Part shown: one piece after another, positions 59,937-64,000 of the stretch
How positions within the stretch are numbered: the first letter of the stretch is position 1
Layout of the letters: every line of letters begins with the position of its first letter
Source of the DNA: a virus
Length of the DNA: 64,000 nt
Direction: 5' to 3' (one strand)
Virus record (IMG/VR): IMGVR_UViG_3300011116_000925
Coordinates: 24,486 to 88,485 of that record
Translations under genes and position numbers: made by a program
The notes under the pieces: generated by a model
Seen by the model: the letters and a program-made list of their open reading frames with translations, nothing else
What the model was told of the DNA's origin: nothing
Database searches by the model: none

Positions 59937-61673
59937 TTAGCCAGTTGGCCCTCCTGGAGGAGCACCTGCTCCACCTGGGGCCCCCTGTCCTCCTGGAGGA
60001 GCATTTGGAATATTTCCTGCCATGTCAGTAGTCATACCTGGTTGTTCTCCCATATCCATCTCAGGATTCATCTGACTATTCATATCACCTTCTAATCCAC
60101 CAGCAGTTACACCAACATTTCTAAGATCAGCTCCTATTGCACCGGCATTCTCAAGTTTATCAGTATCATTTTCTTCTAACCACAATTCTTCATTGCGTCT
60201 GATTTCTTCAGGTGTTAATCCTAAGAATCGTTCCATTGCAAATCGTTTACTAATATGTGGCATTTGTGCAACTGATCCATATACACTTGCCTGTGCAGTA
60301 TCCAATTCAATTTGACGATATTTCGCAAAATTCATTGGTTCATTAAATGATATTTCAAATAAACTACTATCAATATTGATACCAATACTCTTTAAGTAAA
60401 GTTTAAATTCTCTATCAAATACTGGACTTACCAAATTTTGTAAACGTTCACAATATTTGTTAAATCGTAATTCTTGAATTAAGGCCGTACCAACTTTTCC
60501 ATCATTCTGAACATTGCCACTATCATCAGGACCAGTTGGCATATAACTACTAGGAATACGCAGAGCTCTAAATAATTTATTGGTGAAGAATTTCAAATCA
60601 TCAATTTCACCAAGATTTGATCCGCCTGGTAAAGTTTCTACTTTGCTTCCTCGTCCATCAGAAGTTTGAGGGAAAAAATAGTCCTCGTTAATTGATAATG
60701 GATTATATCCTGCATCAATAACATTTGAACCGCCTCCACTTAATGATGGTAATCGTCGTTGCCATATTTCATTTTTAACTCTTTCAACAAAACTCATTGC
60801 CAAATTAGTAGGCATATTACCAACATCAATATAAAATACGCGACGCTCAGGAGCACGTTGTACTCGATATATGATTACAGCATCTTCTAACAATTCTTTC
60901 TGTTTATAAACTTTAAAAATATATTCTAATATACTATTTCCAAATGGCCAATTTGCATCTAATCCTTCACTAAGACTTAAATGTATGACATGTTCTGCTT
61001 TAAGAGAGAATTGATTAGCCAATTGAGAAAATCTGCCACCCTGAGATGATCCAACTGCGGTACCACCACGAGATGATGCAAATGATGAACCCGCTAATGA
61101 ACCAGGACCTGAAACAGAATATCCAGAATTATTTGATGTCATTTGAGTTGCCTGTAAACTAGGCTTACTAATATTCAAATCACGTATAATATAAGTTTCT
61201 GGTTCTTTACCTTCGGCTTCATTTACAATTATTTTATCAACTTTAGTAGAATCAATCCAATACCATTCCAATGTTTCTGGATCACGTATAAAAAATTGAT
61301 CTCCATATTTTAAGATACTTCTAAAAATCCTAAAGGCTCTTTTTCTAAATTCATTGATTACACACCATTTCTGAAGACTGCTTTCAAGAATTTTTATTTC
61401 TACATCAGTTGCCTTTTCTTTATAATCAATTTGAAATGGTAAATTATTCTTACCTTGATTTTGTGTACAAAATTCACTTAAAATATCTAATGCAGCATTA
61501 ACTTCAGAATCAGAATCCATAGTTTCGTATTGAAAATATCTTTCAATACGATTTGGGTGGCCACTATAAACCTCTGGTAGATAACTACCATAATTTCTGT
61601 GAGCCATTCCGGGAGATGAACTTAATGGTGAATTAGAACCAGGACTTTGTGAGAAAAACTTTTTCCATGACAT
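59937..61673 (-). CDS. portal protein (gp20-like)
   Basis: LLEDAVIIYRVQRAPERRVFYIDVGN, EDYFFP, TLPGG. Confidence 0.95.
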   Translation of the reverse strand: MSWKKFFSQSPGSNSPLSSSPGMAHRNYGSYLPEVYSGHPNRIERYFQYETMDSDSEVNAALDILSEFCTQNQGKNNLPFQIDYKEKATDVEIKILESSLQKWCVINEFRKRAFRIFRSILKYGDQFFIRDPETLEWYWIDSTKVDKIIVNEAEGKEPETYIIRDLNISKPSLQATQMTSNNSGYSVSGPGSLAGSSFASSRGGTAVGSSQGGRFSQLANQFSLKAEHVIHLSLSEGLDANWPFGNSILEYIFKVYKQKELLEDAVIIYRVQRAPERRVFYIDVGNMPTNLAMSFVERVKNEIWQRRLPSLSGGGSNVIDAGYNPLSINEDYFFPQTSDGRGSKVETLPGGSNLGEIDDLKFFTNKLFRALRIPSSYMPTGPDDSGNVQNDGKVGTALIQELRFNKYCERLQNLVSPVFDREFKLYLKSIGINIDSSLFEISFNEPMNFAKYRQIELDTAQASVYGSVAQMPHISKRFAMERFLGLTPEEIRRNEELWLEENDTDKLENAGAIGADLRNVGVTAGGLEGDMNSQMNPEMDMGEQPGMTTDMAGNIPNAPPGGQGAPGGAGAPPGGPTG

Positions 61674-61723
61674 GTTATATTATTTACCTTAAAATTATTG
61701 TGATCTGATATCTAAAACCAAAA

Positions 61724-64000
61724 TTAAGTTCTCTGAGTTTCAAATATATCTAACATATCCTTCAGAGTTCTATTTCCTTCATCGCTGTAGTTTAAATTCA
61801 TTTTAAACAATGCAACTAGTTCTGCAATTGATTCCTTCAAATCTTTAGTTAAATCTCTAGTCTCAATTGTTACAGCAAATTGTTCCTTTTCTGGACGACT
61901 AAAATCTGCCAATGTTTGATTTCTTGTTGATTTTTCAACTCTATCCGTAATAGGATCCAATCTACCAGATTCCTGTTTTGCCAATTCTGCTATTATTGCT
62001 GATTTTAATGATCCTAATTCTGATCTTATGGTATCTGGTAAAGATGTCAATCTATCAATACTATCTCGATCAAATGCTGAAGTCCCAACATTTTTCGTAT
62101 TGGTAATAGAATCCATCCATTTATCAATAGTTCTTTCAAAATTCAATCCAGGATTAGAATGTTGTTGTGCCTTCATAGAAGACATTTCATCTATTGAATT
62201 CATCAAACTTGCAATCATATCATTTATATTCACTATCATTCGTTCATTTAATACGAATTCATTAGCATGTAATTGGAACAATCCTCCTCGACCAGAAGAA
62301 CCACCTTCTTTTCTTTGTGGTACATATTTGCCTGGATCAGCCATAAAATCTCTCATTTCTGTACGAAATTCAATAGACTTCTTAATTTCTTGATTAAGTA
62401 CATCCCTGAGATCGTCTGGTTTCATACCAGTTATTCCCTTAGGATCTGGTGTTTGATTTCTATAAATATCTTCTATTGCTTTTTGGTCATCAATTCTTTT
62501 TTGTATTTCTGCTTTCTTCTTATCAACATCATTAAACCATTTACTCTTATCTTGATCATTCATATTTGGTGGAGCTTGAATTCCTTCGCGTTCTAATCTA
62601 CGACGTTGTCCAACACCAGTTTCAATAGGACCAATCTTATCAGGTATTAAAGATTCCTTAATCTTTTTCAATATGTCAGATGTGATCTTATCAATCATTA
62701 TCATAAATTGTTCTTTCATAGGACCAGCATTCTGTTCTATTAATGACGTTATCTTAGGAATTATTTTGTCAATTAAATTATCCATCAAAGTTGATATTCC
62801 TGCTGATAATGGATTGATTATTTTATTCTCAACAGTTTTCATGATTCCATCTTGATCAACACCTTGGATGAATGATGTAATCCAATCCTTAATGCTCTTA
62901 AATGTATTCATGATAAACTTATCAATATTTTCTGCATTATCTGACAAATATTTTAATCCACTAATAATTCCATCAGATAGATAAGTCATTGCATGATCAA
63001 ATATTTTGAACAATCCAGTAAATACTTCAGAATTTAAAAATGCATCTTCGACTTTTTTAAATGCATTTCGCAATTTCTCACTAATTTTTGATAATGATGC
63101 AGTTTCTCCTGCTTCCTTTTGCATCTGTTCAGTAAATCTTTTTCTGACTGCTGCTTCCAATTCCAATCCAGATATAGTTAATCCCTTTTTCTTTTCTTCT
63201 TCTATAATCGTTCCTTCTAATGTTCTTAATCTTGCTGCTGATGCTAAAGTAATTTTTGCAAAATCAGCAAATGCTGGATTTGTGCTTGCCAATACTTCAA
63301 GTTGTTTCTGTCTTGATGAATCCATCTTTGCTGCATATGCCAAATCTAATGAAACTTTAGATGCATCTACTTTCTGATTCATTTTGATCTGATCTGATAG
63401 TTTCATTAATTCCATTGCAGTTTGTGGAGCCGCAATTCTTAATTGATTTAAATCTTCCCCTGTTCCTAATGTAAATGCTTGATCAAATGCTCTTTGAAAC
63501 CCAGGACCTAATGATGCAGCGGCTGCTGCTGCGGTAGTAAAACTTTCTCTTGCATTATCATTACCTTGGTCTTCAAGATTTAACAATTTCAATTGAACCT
63601 TAGCTTGTTCAACTTGTTCTCGTACTGATTGACTCAAATCTTTCCTATTTTTACCAGTTAATCTTGATAATCCATCTAATTCTTTAGCATATTTTACACT
63701 TGATGTAATCAATGATGAATCAGTTTTAGCCAATTGTGTTCCGATGGTAGAATTGGTTTTATTAATAGCCATATAATCCAATAATACATCATTAATTTCA
63801 CCAAAAGTATATCCCATTGCAGAAAGTTGAAAATTATTGAAAGACCTAACACCTTTACTTAATAATCCAAAGTTTTTAGATACAGAACCTATGTTTGGAC
63901 CAATTGTTGAAAACAATTCACTATTTTGCTTAAAAATGGCAGTAAATTCACTCATTGTCATTGCACTCGCTGCGTCTGATCTATTAATGTCAAGGAATGA
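61724..64000 (-). CDS. tape-measure-like helical tail protein, 5' end outside the window
   Basis: Frame open to 64000; YAKELDGLSRLTGKNR and LHANEFVL motifs. Confidence 0.55.
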   Translation of the reverse strand, partial: SFLDINRSDAASAMTMSEFTAIFKQNSELFSTIGPNIGSVSKNFGLLSKGVRSFNNFQLSAMGYTFGEINDVLLDYMAINKTNSTIGTQLAKTDSSLITSSVKYAKELDGLSRLTGKNRKDLSQSVREQVEQAKVQLKLLNLEDQGNDNARESFTTAAAAAASLGPGFQRAFDQAFTLGTGEDLNQLRIAAPQTAMELMKLSDQIKMNQKVDASKVSLDLAYAAKMDSSRQKQLEVLASTNPAFADFAKITLASAARLRTLEGTIIEEEKKKGLTISGLELEAAVRKRFTEQMQKEAGETASLSKISEKLRNAFKKVEDAFLNSEVFTGLFKIFDHAMTYLSDGIISGLKYLSDNAENIDKFIMNTFKSIKDWITSFIQGVDQDGIMKTVENKIINPLSAGISTLMDNLIDKIIPKITSLIEQNAGPMKEQFMIMIDKITSDILKKIKESLIPDKIGPIETGVGQRRRLEREGIQAPPNMNDQDKSKWFNDVDKKKAEIQKRIDDQKAIEDIYRNQTPDPKGITGMKPDDLRDVLNQEIKKSIEFRTEMRDFMADPGKYVPQRKEGGSSGRGGLFQLHANEFVLNERMIVNINDMIASLMNSIDEMSSMKAQQHSNPGLNFERTIDKWMDSITNTKNVGTSAFDRDSIDRLTSLPDTIRSELGSLKSAIIAELAKQESGRLDPITDRVEKSTRNQTLADFSRPEKEQFAVTIETRDLTKDLKESIAELVALFKMNLNYSDEGNRTLKDMLDIFETQRT

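Noticed and set aside
1-64000. Stop-codon reassignment, introns or inteins in core genes, and tRNA genes
   Set aside because: Core genes translate full length in the standard code without obvious insertions; no cloverleaf recognised in the short intergenic gaps (by eye only)

Overview
AT-rich (about 30% GC by eye) fragment of a large T4-like myovirus (jumbo-phage style), standard genetic code, mostly minus-strand genes. It carries head genes (portal, protease, scaffold, capsid, large terminase, neck), tail genes (sheath, tube, partial tape-measure-like protein, fibres), gp32/UvsX/UvsY, two free-standing endonucleases and many auxiliary enzymes: NAD+ salvage (Nampt plus NadM-Nudix), polyamine enzymes (SpeD-like, agmatinase), RNA-repair-type proteins, a three-domain glycosyltransferase and an FkbM methyltransferase. 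Most interesting: (1) a tail-fibre operon that continues through overlapping genes into a duplicated [cupin-like + desaturase] module, a GNAT-like protein and a 2OG-oxygenase-like protein; (2) a covarying two-hairpin RNA motif before both NAD salvage genes; (3) widespread leaderless gene starts; (4) probable head-packaged proteins, including an ART-fold protein and a 1281-aa polyprotein-like protein; (5) a probable ATT start codon. No tRNA, rRNA or CRISPR array was recognised. All calls come from motif recognition by eye; no database searches were run.
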